Assembly (NCBI RefSeq): GCF_009914755.1 | Contig: NC_060941.1 | From: the human T2T-CHM13v2.0 reference genome, Homo sapiens | DNA length: 64,000 bases | Direction: 5' to 3' (one strand) | Shown here: piece by piece, positions 21,502-39,889 of the stretch | Layout: the number at the start of each line of letters is the position of its first letter | How positions within the stretch are numbered: the first letter of the stretch is position 1 | Notes under the pieces: model-generated | What the model saw: only the letters and a program-made list of their open reading frames with translations | The model's database searches: none | What the model was told of the DNA's origin: nothing | Program-made: the position numbers and the translations under genes

Positions 21502-22205
21502 AAAGTATCAACATTCAACAGTTCAAATATTATTTTTGGATCTTTCTATGTCTTCCCTTCTTGGAAGTTACAAATAAGTATTCTACATGTTTCATACTAT
21601 TTTGTCTAGTTTGTATTAATTTATCTCTTAATGCTTCAGTTTGGATACTATCTAATTGCCTATCTTCCATTTCACTAATCCTCTTTGTCAAATCTATTAA
21701 ACTCATGCATTAAATTTTTAATTTCAACTTTTAGTCTTAATTCTAGGATTTTCACTTGACTTTTAAAGTAGATCTCTGTTTTTCCTGTTGATTCAAGTTG
21801 TTCGGTACTTTGTATTTGTATGCCTCGTATGTTTTGATTGAATGCTGAACAATATGTGTGATATAATGTGAAGGCTCTATATGATGTTATATTTTTCCAA
21901 AGAGGATTTATTTTTCTTTCTGAAGACACATAGAGTAAAAGCATATCACCGTGATCCCTTGTTCTGGTTTACTCTTAATTTTTGGGCTTAGCATGTCTGG
22001 TATCTTAACTAAAAGCTTCTACTTTCACGGACTCTTGCTTTTCTAAATCTATAAGCTTGATAAATTATCTGCTGACTTTTAATCTGTTTTCAACTGCTTT
22101 ATGATTATTTTCACATTTGAACCTTTTTCTATGTATGCACAGTCTTAGAGTTAGCAATATATTAGGGAGAAATTGCACATATATTGTGTATTTCAATTCT
22201 CTGTC

Positions 22206-22236
<31 letters not shown>

Positions 22237-23574
22237 TGCAAAACCAGTCTTGTTGGCTCTGGTAGGTCTGAACTTTAATGTTAGGCTTTTGTGAAACTGT
22301 GTCCCTGTGAGACTGAGACTGCAACAACATTTACTTGGCTACTGCCTTCCTTTTGGGCTTACTGTTCAGTTTCAAGAATCAGCAAATGCTCCAAGAGGGA
22401 AAGGTAGCAGTGAATATAATAATCATCTCAGTGTGGTTTCCTTTTCCCTGTGATTTTTAAAAAATATTCTTATTGAGATGTAATCTACACAATATAGTAA
22501 TATGTATTTTTCTAAGGATTCTTACATTCAAGTCTACAGAATACAACTTAAAACTTCTACTTCATTAAAAAATTGCTTTCTTGCTATTTCTTAGTTTCTT
22601 TGCTTCCGTTGCATTAAAATTCTTTCTTAATTACTGTGCATTCATATTTCCATTGACATTAGTATTTTTTCCTGAGAATATACATGGTACTTGAAACAAT
22701 GTAAAAATACAGCATACAATTTTATATTGAGTATTATAAAATAAAATATTATGTAAATGAAAAAACTCAGAAAATAAATTAATTGGAGTCCACTATAAGA
22801 GAATTGTTGACAGCTTGCCCAGATGCCCTGAAATTATAAAAAAGATTGTAAGCAAATTAACGCTTTAACAAGATTGTAGAAAAAAAGTCAGAACTGCTAA
22901 ATTAAGAAAAATAAATACTTTCAGTACTTTGAAAACATCCATTTACACACAAAAACTTGGCATGCTAATTATAAGCTATGCTTATCTATTAATTAAAGTA
23001 TTTTTTCCTATCCTGTAGTGGACAAACTTATTTTGAATGGCTGCGTGAACTTTTACATAATAAAACTACTTTTAAAATACCAAACTTAAGGTTTTATAAT
23101 TGCAACTTTTTCTTCCCATAATTTATCTGTGATCATAAACTTTTATACTATTAATATTATTCTACTACTTTTTATTTGATAAAATTATTTTTTAATAATC
23201 TACATGACAAAACTGTATGAGAGCCCTAGATAAATATTTATGTGCTTCTTAGGTGAATGTTTAAATTATTTTTTGCTTGCAATTTGATTTCAGAATTAAA
23301 ATATTCTTAGAGCAGAAATACAGTTTCTATCATGTATGGCTTAAGAAAACAAATGTCAAATAATTTGTTATTCAAAGTGTAGGTATTATCTTCAAAGCAA
23401 GCCTGTCATTTATAAACTGTTTGTTTAATTCTTTTTATTCTCCAAAAGAGCAACTCCAGATAGCAAACCTTAACACACCGTTTTTCTGAAATTTGATTTT
23501 TTTCCTAGTTAAGGCATTTTCTTTCTAATGTAATATAAATGTAATGTCTGAAATTATTTTAAAACGCTTAAAGC

Positions 23575-24478
23575 AGATATTGGCCAAACAAGATATTAAG
23601 GCCTTAAACAAGATATTGATCCAAATTACTTATTGAAGATAAAAACAGAACAGAGACAGGTTGCCTTTTCACTTCTGAAAACCATCTGTGTTTGAGGTGA
23701 TTCTGAACATGAATGAAGTTGTCTACTGGTCATAGCTAGAACACAAGGGCTTGAATGGTAACAGTAAGAAGGAACACAGTAATCCAGAGCAGGAAAAATG
23801 GAAATAATTATCAAAGCAACAATTACAAATGGAAGTGATTAAAATAAAGGTTATGGCATGGTGCCAGTTAACCAATATACCATGCTCACACTCATGTCTC
23901 ATGAAGTTATGAAGCTAGAAAGGGATGAATGAATTAGGCCATGGTGGAGAATCCAAATAGTTTTTATACTATCTGGACATGAGTCCAAATGTTGAGATTA
24001 AACTCAAACAAGCTAAGTGAGCCAAAACACCTGCCTTAGAGTTAAATATTTTGGGTTTGACTTAAGGCTTTGTCACCTAGTATCTGTGTGAATTCAGACA
24101 AGTTTTTGACACTCTGTATTCTTTATTATTTTTTGCTACCTGTTAAAAAACAGTCTAAAAATATCCACTATGCCAAACTCACAGAGTCATTTTGGAGGAC
24201 CAACTTAAGAAGTTTCAATAAAATAAGATTTTACTAATCATCTTCTATGTCTTCCTTCTTACTTGTTACCTTACTGTGTTCCTTCTTACTGTTACCATTC
24301 AAGCCCTTGTATTCTAGCTATGACAAGTAGACAACTTCATTTATGTTCAGAATCACCTCAAACACAGACGGTTTTTAGAAGTGCAAAGGCAACCTGTCTC
24401 TGTCCTGTTTTTATCTTCAATTAGTAATTTGGATCAATATCTTGTTTAAGCCCTTAATATCTTCTTTGGCTAGTATCT
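23575..24478. repeat. Long inverted repeat, 208-bp arms, 488-bp spacer
   Basis: 23575-23782 vs reverse complement of 24271-24478: 196/208 identical, no indels (hand alignment). Confidence 0.95.
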
Positions 24479-24669
24479 TATATGAATTTCACCTATGAGA
24501 AAAAGTATAGCTGTCTTTGTGTTTCAAATTGGTTTTTACGTTGATACATCATTCTGCCCAATGACAGAAAGTACAATTTTCATGTGAGCGGTTGACACAT
24601 GTAAATGGCTAGTCCTCAGGATTTGCTTGCGTCGGTAAACAGGTGATTTTAACAAGTGGTTATATCCCT

Positions 24670-27097
<2,428 letters not shown>

Positions 27098-29939
27098 ATA
27101 ATAAGGGGTCATATCTCTACACTGGCACCTACCTGGATTCAGCTTTTCAGTTTGACCCCCTACAAGAAACTCCACCATCACTAGCTAATGCTATTCCTTT
27201 GACCTACCCACAGGGTTTCTTTAGGTGTTTTGGCATCTGCTGTCACATCTGTGTCTCACTCAGCTCTATAGGAAAACATTTAACTCTCTCCTGCCACCTG
27301 CCAGAGATATGCCCTGAGGCTCTGTACCTTTGGCTTCAGTCATCGCTTGACCACATGCAACTCTCTCAACACCCGTGAAGAACCTGCCAGAATGTAGGAA
27401 CACAACCAGGAATGTGAGCATGGGTTATCTCACTCTTTCATGACTTAAACTAATGTAGGATTTTAGCACAACCCTGTAAGATATGGCCTAGAGAAAAAAA
27501 AGAACACAAGACAACAGTCGTCCGTCTATGATCCGTCTCTTGTTCTCTCCCATTCTATAACCACTGGGATCTTATCTGAGTAGGAAAGCAAGAAAAATTT
27601 GTTTATGGAATAAACTTTATGACCTGTGTCTTATAAGATTATACTTCAGAAAAACAAAATCTCACCCTCTTGCACTTCTAAAAGCCTTTTCTCTCAAGAT
27701 CATAATCTCTATTTTCAGTACCAAAAGTCTGTTTTAAGTACAGACTTAAAATATTGACCCATTTGTTTTCCCCTGAATTTATTTTCCTAAAAGACACAAT
27801 TCCATATTTTCCTAGCTGTTGGGTAGGGGCTGCAAGTACAATAAATTGTGTTTGAAGTGTGAGGGTAGCACTGATGAAGATGTAGACATATCAGTCAATA
27901 ATTCAACATATTCCTACACATGTGCTTTCCCCCATTAGAAATAAAAGCCTGAGAAAAGAAATGCTGTTATTCTTTTGACAACTGTGTTCTCAGCATCTAG
28001 AATAGCACCTGGAAAATGAATATTTGTTGAATGAAGACCTGTACATAAAATGGCTCAAATCCTCATCAACACAAACACCCACAGAAGTATTGAAAGAGAA
28101 AAGGACTAGAGGCAGAAACCTGAGAAAAACAAATAATTTAAGGTGGAAGATAGTGGACAAATTGTTAGTGAAGGAGGATAAGAAGGAGAGGTCAGCAAAT
28201 TAGAAGAAAACCCAGGTGAAAAAAGAAAAGTGGTACAGAAAGCAAAGAAGGAGAGAATTCAAAGGGCAGAGAAAGCAAACTATGTTAAGAAGAAAATAAA
28301 AAACAGTGATCTGGTAGAATAAAGGCTTAAGAGCAGGTGAATGGTTTTGACAATTTATAGGCCATTAATAACCTTTGAGAGATCAGCTTGAATGAAATAG
28401 TTGGTTCAGAAGTCCAATTGCAATGGGCTGAAGAGTCAGAAACCAGCTAGGATAATGAATGTGAAAGTGCTTCTTAAATCTTAAACCACTTTAAAAATGC
28501 AATTAGAATATACAGCTTGTTAGATTTAGGTACTGCTTGTTGCTCATTCACCAAACTTTCTGAATTCATCTATTTTTCTTGGCATCAAGCACAGGCAGCT
28601 AGGGCTTTAGCTGAGTATGTCACAATCAATGAAACAGATGTTAACATTTCCTTAACATTTTTCTTCTTCCTTGACCTAACCTTTCTTCATAGCATGCCCA
28701 GGTTTAAATTAATGCACTGTGATTAAACAATCTTCAAATGCACTCCACTGTTTCTCTAGGTCATTTCAATAGGTCATCTTCTATTGCCAACACCTTCACA
28801 ACTTGCCCTCAGCTTCTTAAAAAATTCTGATTTGTTTAGGCAAAATTGATAAAACTTTGAATGTGTCCTTGACCTCAGCCACGAGATCTGGAACACAATC
28901 TATCACTTAACCATGCCTCAGAACTGGCCCCAATTGCATTATTTTGAATACTTCTTATTTCTTGGCTTCTCTATCCCTGATTTCCATTTTTATGGATTCC
29001 CTGTCTATCAAGTGAACTACTAGACATTGCATGAACTTAAGATATCATTAATTACACTCTGAAAGTTTTCTTTTCCTGACTCGGGCATATATTTCTCAAA
29101 TAACCTCATTCTAATTTTCCTTTTAATGACACCTAATTGTCAGAACATTAATAGAAAGGCATAAAATCAGAAATTTTAGATTGGTTATATTTAAAATAAT
29201 TCAGAAAGTAACGGTTTGAGAGTATATTAATTTGTTTCATAGAGAAAACACTAGCAGATATTAATATTTAAAGTTTCCTGCCACTATTTGAGATTTTTCT
29301 ACCAGAACCTTATAACTTATCTTTTCAGCACCAGAACTGTTTATGAAGAAAAATAATCAAATGAAATAATTTCATAGTTATTTTTATTGGCAAAACAGTG
29401 ACATCTATTGTTCAGTGTTATATAAAATGGAATTCAAAAATCAAAAGCAATGCCTTATTTTTAATGTGATTAGCTCCAGAATAATAACTTCTTAGATTTA
29501 TTGTTTCAAAAAGAGTAATGGATGATATTCAATAATTCATTTTTATTCTGAAATCAAATTTAGGTGATTATTTAGGATCATGAACATGTAATTATGATTC
29601 AAAGGCCCAAGATCTGTCTAGGTACTAAAAATAGAAAGAAAGAAATAAGATAAAAATATGGAATAAAATTCTTAAAGGTGACTGCTTTTTTTCTATATAT
29701 GTATTTTTCTTGGTATAAATCAGTTTAATATGTTTACTGAAATCTGTGAATCCGCAGATTGATTTCTGAACTCAAGGCAAGTTTCTGTTCTCATCTTAAT
29801 TCTGTTGTTAACTAAATCTGTGAATTTAAATAAGTTGCTTTCATCTTGGCTACAGTTTATTATCCACAAAAATATGAGTATGAGTCTTGAACTGAAAGTA
29901 GTCAACTTCCTGCTAGCATTTATTTTTCCAGAAGATGCT

Positions 29940-30715
29940 ATTCAGAATCACTAGATTAAGCAAAAATTTTTAAAGTTTGACCATACTGAGTGTCCATAAT
30001 GATATGGAAGAATTGAAATTCTCAAATACTGATGTTAGGAGTATAAACAAATACAGTCCCTTTCTAAAGCAATTTGAAAATATCCTGTAAATTTTAAGGT
30101 GAATCTATCCCATCATCCTGCTTTTCCGTTTGTGTAAGCACTTCACAGGGAATTCCCACACATGCACACAAGGAGGTATTTTCAAGAACTACATCATTGC
30201 AATATTGAAAAATTCACAATATATTACAGGAGAATTTATAAAATCTTGCATCTGTACCTACTGATATATTTTACAATATAAACATAAAATGATTGAATTA
30301 CAGTAGCATCTATCAACATGGGTAAACCTCAATCAAACAATATGAGTAAAAGAGGCACATTTCAGATTATGTAGCAAATGACCTTTTATATAAGAAACCA
30401 AAATGTTTCTATTCATTGACTATGGGCACACCATAGGTAAAAAAGTATAAAATATTCATGAGAATAATAAAGAACAAATTCATGACAATGGTCACCTATG
30501 GAAATACAGGGGAGGTAATGTGACCAGGATGGATACACTGGGACTTGAACTGCATCTGAAATGTTTTCCTTATTGAACAAAAAGAGAGAAAGACATCTGA
30601 AGCAAAATAAGGCAAACTGAGGAGCTGTTTTCAATGAGTTATGGGCACACTGATTCTTATTAGATGATTATACTTTTCTGCATGTTTTAAATATTTCATA
30701 ATTTTGATAAAAACA
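29940..30715 (+). mobile_element. Ancient L1M 3' end fragment
   Basis: Degenerate ORF2 C-terminal and 3'UTR motifs (GATATGGAAGAATTGAAATTCTC, TCAACATGGGTAAACCTCAA). Confidence 0.5.
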
Positions 30716-31422
30716 ATATTAAAATTCTAATTCTAAATCTCACAGAAAACTGAGTACCTAATCTTTTTTGTCTATTTTTTGGGATTTTTATGAGATTAGA
30801 ATTTAGTGACAAGTGTATGATAAGTTCTGAAACATAGTTTGTCTCTCTCCAGTCCTCATATTTGTTAAAACAAAAAAAGCACAGCAAGAATAATTTTTCA
30901 CATAGGCTTTTAAATTGGCTTTGATGGAACTCTTTTCCACAAGGAATATCGGATTAGACTTTCTAAAGCTGAGCCCAGCCATGGGTTCATACCCTCAAAT
31001 TACTATTAGTTGAGTAAATTCCTCCATTCTTGAAGTCCCAAGATAGCTTGGGGCTCCTGGGCATATTAGAAAATGACGTTCTTTACTTACCACAGGTTAG
31101 GAACCCTATACAGTGACTGTGTAGACAAGGTGTGAAGCCAGTTTTCCCAAGCGGCTTTTATTGGCTCTGCAAGTCACGTTTGATTCCTTAAAGGGAAGCA
31201 CACCCTTCCAGTCAAAGTCTTAGTAAAACAACCAGTTTCTCCAATTGTGTCCTGTTGCAAAAGAAAATGGATTTTTATTGCACTTATCCTACTAACCATA
31301 TTGCCATAAGTTAAGAATACTCACAAATAGTTTCCAAATTCTAGAGAAACCAGGTGAGAGAAACAAATATGCCCCAAATTTTGTTAACAGGAGTATACCT
31401 TACTCAATTGTTAAAAGCTGCA

Positions 31423-31746
<324 letters not shown>

Positions 31747-32884
31747 AAAAACTGCAGATAGCTCAAAAGAAAAGTTTTTTTGACTCCGAAAAACGAAATA
31801 AGGACCAGCAATGTTTTAAGCAAAAAGTTAAACAAGATTACTTCAGTTTTCTGTTAGTTCAGTCCATTCAGTTAACTCTTGTTCTGCTTGATATTCATGA
31901 ACATTTCAGCTCTTGGTGAGTTCTGAATGTTTTTCATTTATTTTAATGTCACAATCTCCAAAGAAATCAGAAACCCGTATTTGAGAGCACCTGTGAAAGT
32001 CCTATATAAACCATCTTTTGAAAAGGATCAAAGCAAGACAATTGTCTGTGAATGACAAAATGTCCAGGGTAGTTACAGCCAAAAACACAATTGACAAAGA
32101 AATTTGGTTACTTCTGTGGTTTACAATAAATTAACATAATAACCTCATTATGATTGATAACATATACTGAGACAATAAATTTTAGAAATCCCATGCAATT
32201 TTTGAACATATATTAATATTACTCACTAAAATATAACCTAAAAAAGATTAAACCTTATTTTTGTTTTGGCAATCTTGTGTAACTAAACATGTCAAATAAT
32301 CCTATTTACCTCTCCTTTGGATGCTCTAGGGGCCCTCTGTAGTATCCAAAAGTTAGAGGTCAGGAAAGACAATTTTGAAGCTGAAATTTGATTTTGGAAA
32401 GTCTATCAAATATGTTAAAGGTTTAAAACCCTTGATATTATGAAAGAGAATTCCAGGTTACCATAATTCATTTGTTTGGTCAAAAGGTGACTCAAAACAT
32501 TTTTTACAAAGGGGAAAAACCATTTACTCATTAAGAGGGAAGACTTAGCTTTCCAAACAATCTGTCTCTTGTCTTTCCCTTCTTTTTTTGGTAGTTTATT
32601 CTCAAGACAAACAAGAAACCTCCATTATCCTTTAATGTTACATGAAAATCTTGTTAGAGAGAAAAGAAAGCCAAATTTCACCCTTGCATTAGTCTACTAT
32701 TAATGTCCACTCCAATTTTTTAAATGAAATTTTAAAAAATTAATTTTTTATATTTTTAAAAATTTTTAAATTTCGTGTAATAAATCAATTTATTATATCA
32801 TACTATATTATTCTTTATTATATTATAATTCTACACAATCTTAGCTATTTTGACTATGAGGTGAGATTCTTATAAACCTTTTTT

Positions 32885-34401
<1,517 letters not shown>

Positions 34402-36021
34402 TGAATTTAGTCAATATGTTCACATATTTCTTTTACAAGGTTTATTTTTACAAACCTTCTACAACTTGTTTAAACCTTTAGCTTCATCTTATCTAATCTA
34501 AGACAATCCTTTAACCCTTTCAACTAGGCAAAAATTTACCTTCCCATGGCTTCTTATAATCATACCTTCTTATAATCTTTTACTAAAAACACATTTTATT
34601 TTCCTTACAAACCTTGTATGTAAATCTTTTTTCAGTAGTCTTAATTACATGTTATAATGGTAATTCTGAACAATCTTTAATTTTGGTGTAAAACCCAGTT
34701 ATTTTAATTATGTTCTAGGTGCAGATAAGGTCTGACTGTTTTCAGCACATTTAGAGGTGTGGTTAATTCCATATGTCCACAGGCCTTACCAAACTGTGAA
34801 GCAGACAAGTTGAACAATTTTCAAAAGCCAAAGAAGCAGTTTATGACCTTAAAGCATGTATCAAACCTAGTATGTAACCTGCATAATTCAGACCCCATAT
34901 TTACATTTTGAAGATATTTGTATTTTACCAATAATAATTAAAACAAGATTAAAGTTATGTAACTAAAAGGTATCAGAACTTTTTTTTCCTTTAAAAATAT
35001 TTGATCTAAGCTCTTATTTTTTAAGCCAGTTAATTAGAGCTGTTTTTTTAATAAACATCATGCACATAACACATACATACAGACAGAAAAAGATTCACTA
35101 GTTGTACAAATATTCATTTTGCCAATCTCCTAATTGGATTATTGATCTCAGGCTGGAGCCCTTCAAGAAACAAGGCTAGGAAAGCGTGTGGTTTAGGAGC
35201 CTTAGATTTTGAGAGGGATCCATCCACTTTTAATTCCTGGAGTTCCATGAGGAAAACAGAGACTTTTTTCCCAAAATGGGGTCTGTGACACCTTCTCTGT
35301 TTTTCCTAAAAAGTACCAGGCTATTAGAAGTTATCTTTGTGCCTCTCATGTGTGCATTAAGAGTGGCAAGACAAGATGGAGACAATTAATTTAGCCAATT
35401 GAGAAAACAAAACAAACAAACAAACAAAAAACACTTCTAGCAAAACAAGATCCAAGAAGATCCAAGAGAAAAAACAAAACAAAAAGCCATAAAGGCCTTT
35501 TAAATATACCCATAGCTTGGATATCCACTTTTAATTAAGCTGAATGTTAACCATAGAACCATTTTTTAAAAATCTTTTTAAATCCCTTATTACTCGACTT
35601 TAGCCACACCAAGCAGCCAATATTTCTGGCTTTTAAACTTTACCAAAGGTAACCTCACAGGTGAAACCAACAAGCCTTGTTTAAGGTTATGACTTAACCA
35701 TGAGTGTACAAGATACTTTCAAACAGGTGGTAAAGCAGTTTTTACAAAACACCCCCAATATTGTATATAAAGAAGAGACAGGTGCCACAAAAAAAGAAGG
35801 AAAATGCCTTAGAAAAGACTGGATTGGAACAGAGCCGACATTCTCATCCCCAAGTGCGATGGGGTGTGGGTGGCAGCCTCCTCTGCAGCCATGTCATTCA
35901 TTCTTAATTGGCTAACAGAGATCCGGTGCTCCATCTGTTTTCAGAAAACATCTGAGGACAAGAAAGCTCAGAAATGAAAGTGAAAGAGGGTTTGGGTCCA
36001 CATTTTTTCATCCTTCCTCAG

Positions 36022-36039
36022 ATCCTTGACAAGCCCCCA
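36022..36039 (-). other. Retroviral primer binding site, tRNA-Pro type
   Basis: Plus strand ATCCTTGACAAGCCCCCA vs tRNA-Pro 3' end ATCCCGGACGAGCCCCCA (15/18), 5 nt from the LTR terminus. Confidence 0.75.
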
Positions 36040-36044
36040 GAAAA

Positions 36045-36462
36045 TGACGTAGGATTTTACTTGGTCATTTTGCCAGCTGGGGACCTCTGGCTGCCAACAC
36101 TCCTACCTGGGTCTCACTCAGGCATGCTACCTGCTGCAGGAGGTGCCCCACCCACTTGGCCCACCCAAGCTGAGTCTGGCTTGCACACAGGCTTGGCTTG
36201 CACACAGGCTCAGCCTGCAGCTGTGCTGGATGTGCCTTAGCTCACCTGTGCTGCAGTTTGTACCTACATTCTGCGGTTCCTGAGCTCTTGTCTGGCCTCT
36301 AAGAAGAATAAGGATAAGTTGACAATTGAAGAGTGAGGAGGGCAGAGAATAATTTTATTGAGCAACAGAACAGCTCTCAACAGAGAGGGAAATGGGGAGT
36401 GGTCCCCCATCCCTGCAGTTAGATGGTTTCTTTCTCAGTGTGGCTGAGTCTTGGGCTTTTAT
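36045..36462 (-). mobile_element. Truncated 5' LTR, MER52/LTR27-28-like
   Basis: TG terminus adjacent to the PBS; minus-strand AATAAA (TTTATT ~36354) within GAAGAGTGAG...TTTATTGAGC...GCTCTC motifs. Confidence 0.65.
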
Positions 36463-37794
36463 CTCTAATGTCGTCTTTATCCAAAGAGAGCCAAAATAGA
36501 TCATTCAGGTGATTTGGGGGGAAGGACATTTAATTTCATGAGAAAACATGTTTGTTAGTATGATTTTTTAATTGAAATGATTAAATGGCCAATTCAATGA
36601 AAGCAATTGTACTTGTGATCATGTGTGAATACAACATTAATATTAAGCTCAGTTATCATCAACCAGTAACAAAAGAAATAAGAACCGTATATAATGGCCC
36701 TTTAAAGAAATCTGAACAGGATATTATAAGCATTTTCTAGTATATGATATGGTAGATAATGGTTCTACTAGAAAACCAAATCCCTAATGTGACTTCAAAG
36801 AGCTTCTGCACAGTGGTTGAATCTAGATTGCAAGATGCTCGTCCCCAGAAGCTCTAGGGACTGCTAATGGAGAAGAAAAAATTGGATGCTGCCAATTATT
36901 ACCTACGGTCTTGGCCCCTGAAAGCAGTATTTTCCCCTACTATAAATTGTTGTACTTTTAAAAATGTTTCTAAAATTATAAAATTTATCAAACTGGTAGT
37001 ATTTGTGGGAGGGGGGAATCAGCCCTTAATGTAATCCTTAAAAAATGTAATTTTGGACAATAAAAATAAAACAAGCTTTTGTTTAGTTTCATGGCTCTTT
37101 TAAAGCTCTCTCCTTTAAATTAAAATATATGCAATCCAGGCATTCATTTGACTAACAAATATATTTGAACTTCTATTATATGACACCACTCAGTGGATAT
37201 TCATTGGCTTTACATAGCCTTCATAACATATCATAGATGTCTTTGAAGTTTATTTATGTGGGGAGAGTGGGAGATGTCAAGGGAAGACATGAAACCTAGG
37301 ATACATCCTGATGGGATGGGCAAGAGGCAAAGACACAGCCCCAGAATTTACTCCTAGTCAAACTTTCCTCCTCATTATATGCCTCTTCAATATCTCTTTC
37401 CTCTCACCCACCCTTTACTCAAGTAGAAAGGCCAATGCTTGCTTTCTATTCAAATGCTTATGGGAATGCACATGCCAAGGCTACAATTTCCTGGGTCTGT
37501 GATAATATGAAAGAAACATCTAAAAATCTCATAACATGTCCTCTCCCTCTGCTGAGGTAGAAAGTTATAAAAACACCTGTGAAACAGAAGAGAGAAAAAC
37601 TCAAAGGTCAAGTCCCCATGGATATGTTCTCTCGAGGTCACAAGCTATAGAGCACAAGTTTATGAGGAGCACAGAGTGTATGTAGTTTCTGGCCTCTTAT
37701 TCAGCTGTCTCCAAATAACATCTTGTGTCCTATTTTCAAAATTTGCCATTCACTTTTGCTTATATAAAGTTTAATTATATTAGTACAAATATGT

Positions 37795-38310
37795 AATATA
37801 TAATCGTTCTATTGCTGATGCAACTAATCACAACAATCCTAGTAGCTTTAAAAGAAACCCCAATTTTATTATTTAGCAGTTCTGTAGGTCAGAAGTCCAC
37901 TCTAGCTGGGATAAAACCAAAGTGTTGGCAGGCAGGGCTGTGTTTCTTTTCGAAAGCTCTAATGGAGAATCCATCCCACCGTCTTTTTCAGCTTCTAGAG
38001 GTCATCTGCATTCCTTGGCTCCTGGCTCCCTTCCTCTTTCTTCAAAGCCAGCAAGTTTGCATTTCTCTGACCTTTGTTCTATCATCCATCCAGCGAGGCT
38101 CTTTGACTACAACAGGGAAATGTTACCTGCTTCGAAGGATTTCTGTGATTACATTAGACTCACCCAGATAATCCCAAAATAAACTTTCCATTCCAGGGTC
38201 CTTAACCTTAATCACATCTGCAAATTCCCTTTTACCATGTAAAGTAGCTTATCCACAAGTTTGAAGGATCAGCTTGTAGACATCTTTGGAAGTCACTATT
38301 CTAACATACA
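37795..38310 (-). mobile_element. MLT1-family MaLR LTR
   Basis: CAGTTCTGTAGGTCAGAAGTCC, TTTTTCAGCTTCTAGAGG, CCTTAACCTTAATCACATCTGCAAA motifs. Confidence 0.8.
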
Positions 38311-39463
38311 TACATATCGGAATAATTATATATGTATATATGCATATATCTCTATCATGAATTTATATACATTCATATATACACTCATTTGTATGTCCTC
38401 ATATATGTGTGTATATAATATGAATATATAAATTTATATATATGTGTGTGCATATATATATGATGAATTTAAAATGGTAAGGACATCAACACAGAATGAG
38501 GACAAGGATTCAGTGCTAACCGTTTCTTGACTGGCCCTCTATACGTAATCTTTTTGAATTTTCAAAACAACCAAGCAAGTTAGATGAAATTTCCAGTGTC
38601 AGCAGATAAAGAAACGCGGTTGCAGAGAAGTCTAGTAATTTACCCTAAGTCATATAGTTTTTAAGTGTCTCTCTCAAAATTTAAACACAACCTATACTCT
38701 ACTATCAAGGCCAATTTGAAATGAAGAAGTATGATTTAGAGGGAGCCATATTACCAAGATGTAAAATTTTAAAACAATAATTTTTAGATCAAATAATTTA
38801 CTTAAAAGTCTGATGATTAAGACAAACCTGGCATATTCGTAACTGCTTCTCCTAGAAACCGTTTCTCAGTAAAAGGCACCACGGTATGGTATTGGACAAT
38901 CAGGAATCTCATGTCTTTTTAATGCCCCCTCCCCTTTTCCCTCACTACCATTTATAGTCAAAACGTCACCATGTTCTTCTTTCCCTTCCTTTTACCTATC
39001 TCTCAATCTCATCTATTAGCATTGCCACTCCTCTAGTGTACAGATCATTTGGTGGTTGATTTTAAAAGCCTTCTAACTTCTAACTGGTTCTCTGCCTCCT
39101 GTCTTGCTCACCTCACCCCTACTATCTATTCTCCATTATTACAGAGTGAGTGCTTTAAAACGTGCATATTAGCCTGAAGCTCTCTTACTTAAAGCCTTTG
39201 AAATTCTCTCCATTTCCCCCATTGCTTTTAAGACAAAAACAAACTTATTTTACAAGACTTGCCTAGTTGGCTGCTTCTGCTTTCTTCATCAATTTATCTC
39301 CCATAACCATCCCATACCTCCTTTCCTCCTTCACACAATTTTATCTTCTATTTAGTTTCTTTCCATTCCTAAAACACACACAGACACACAGACACACACA
39401 CACACACATACCCCTCTTATCTGGTCTTTTTCATAATCTGTCCCTCTGGAAAATTCTCATCTA

Positions 39464-39889
<426 letters not shown>

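Noticed and set aside
36022-36039. tRNA gene
   Set aside because: Only 18 nt matching a tRNA 3' end, beside an LTR; this is a PBS
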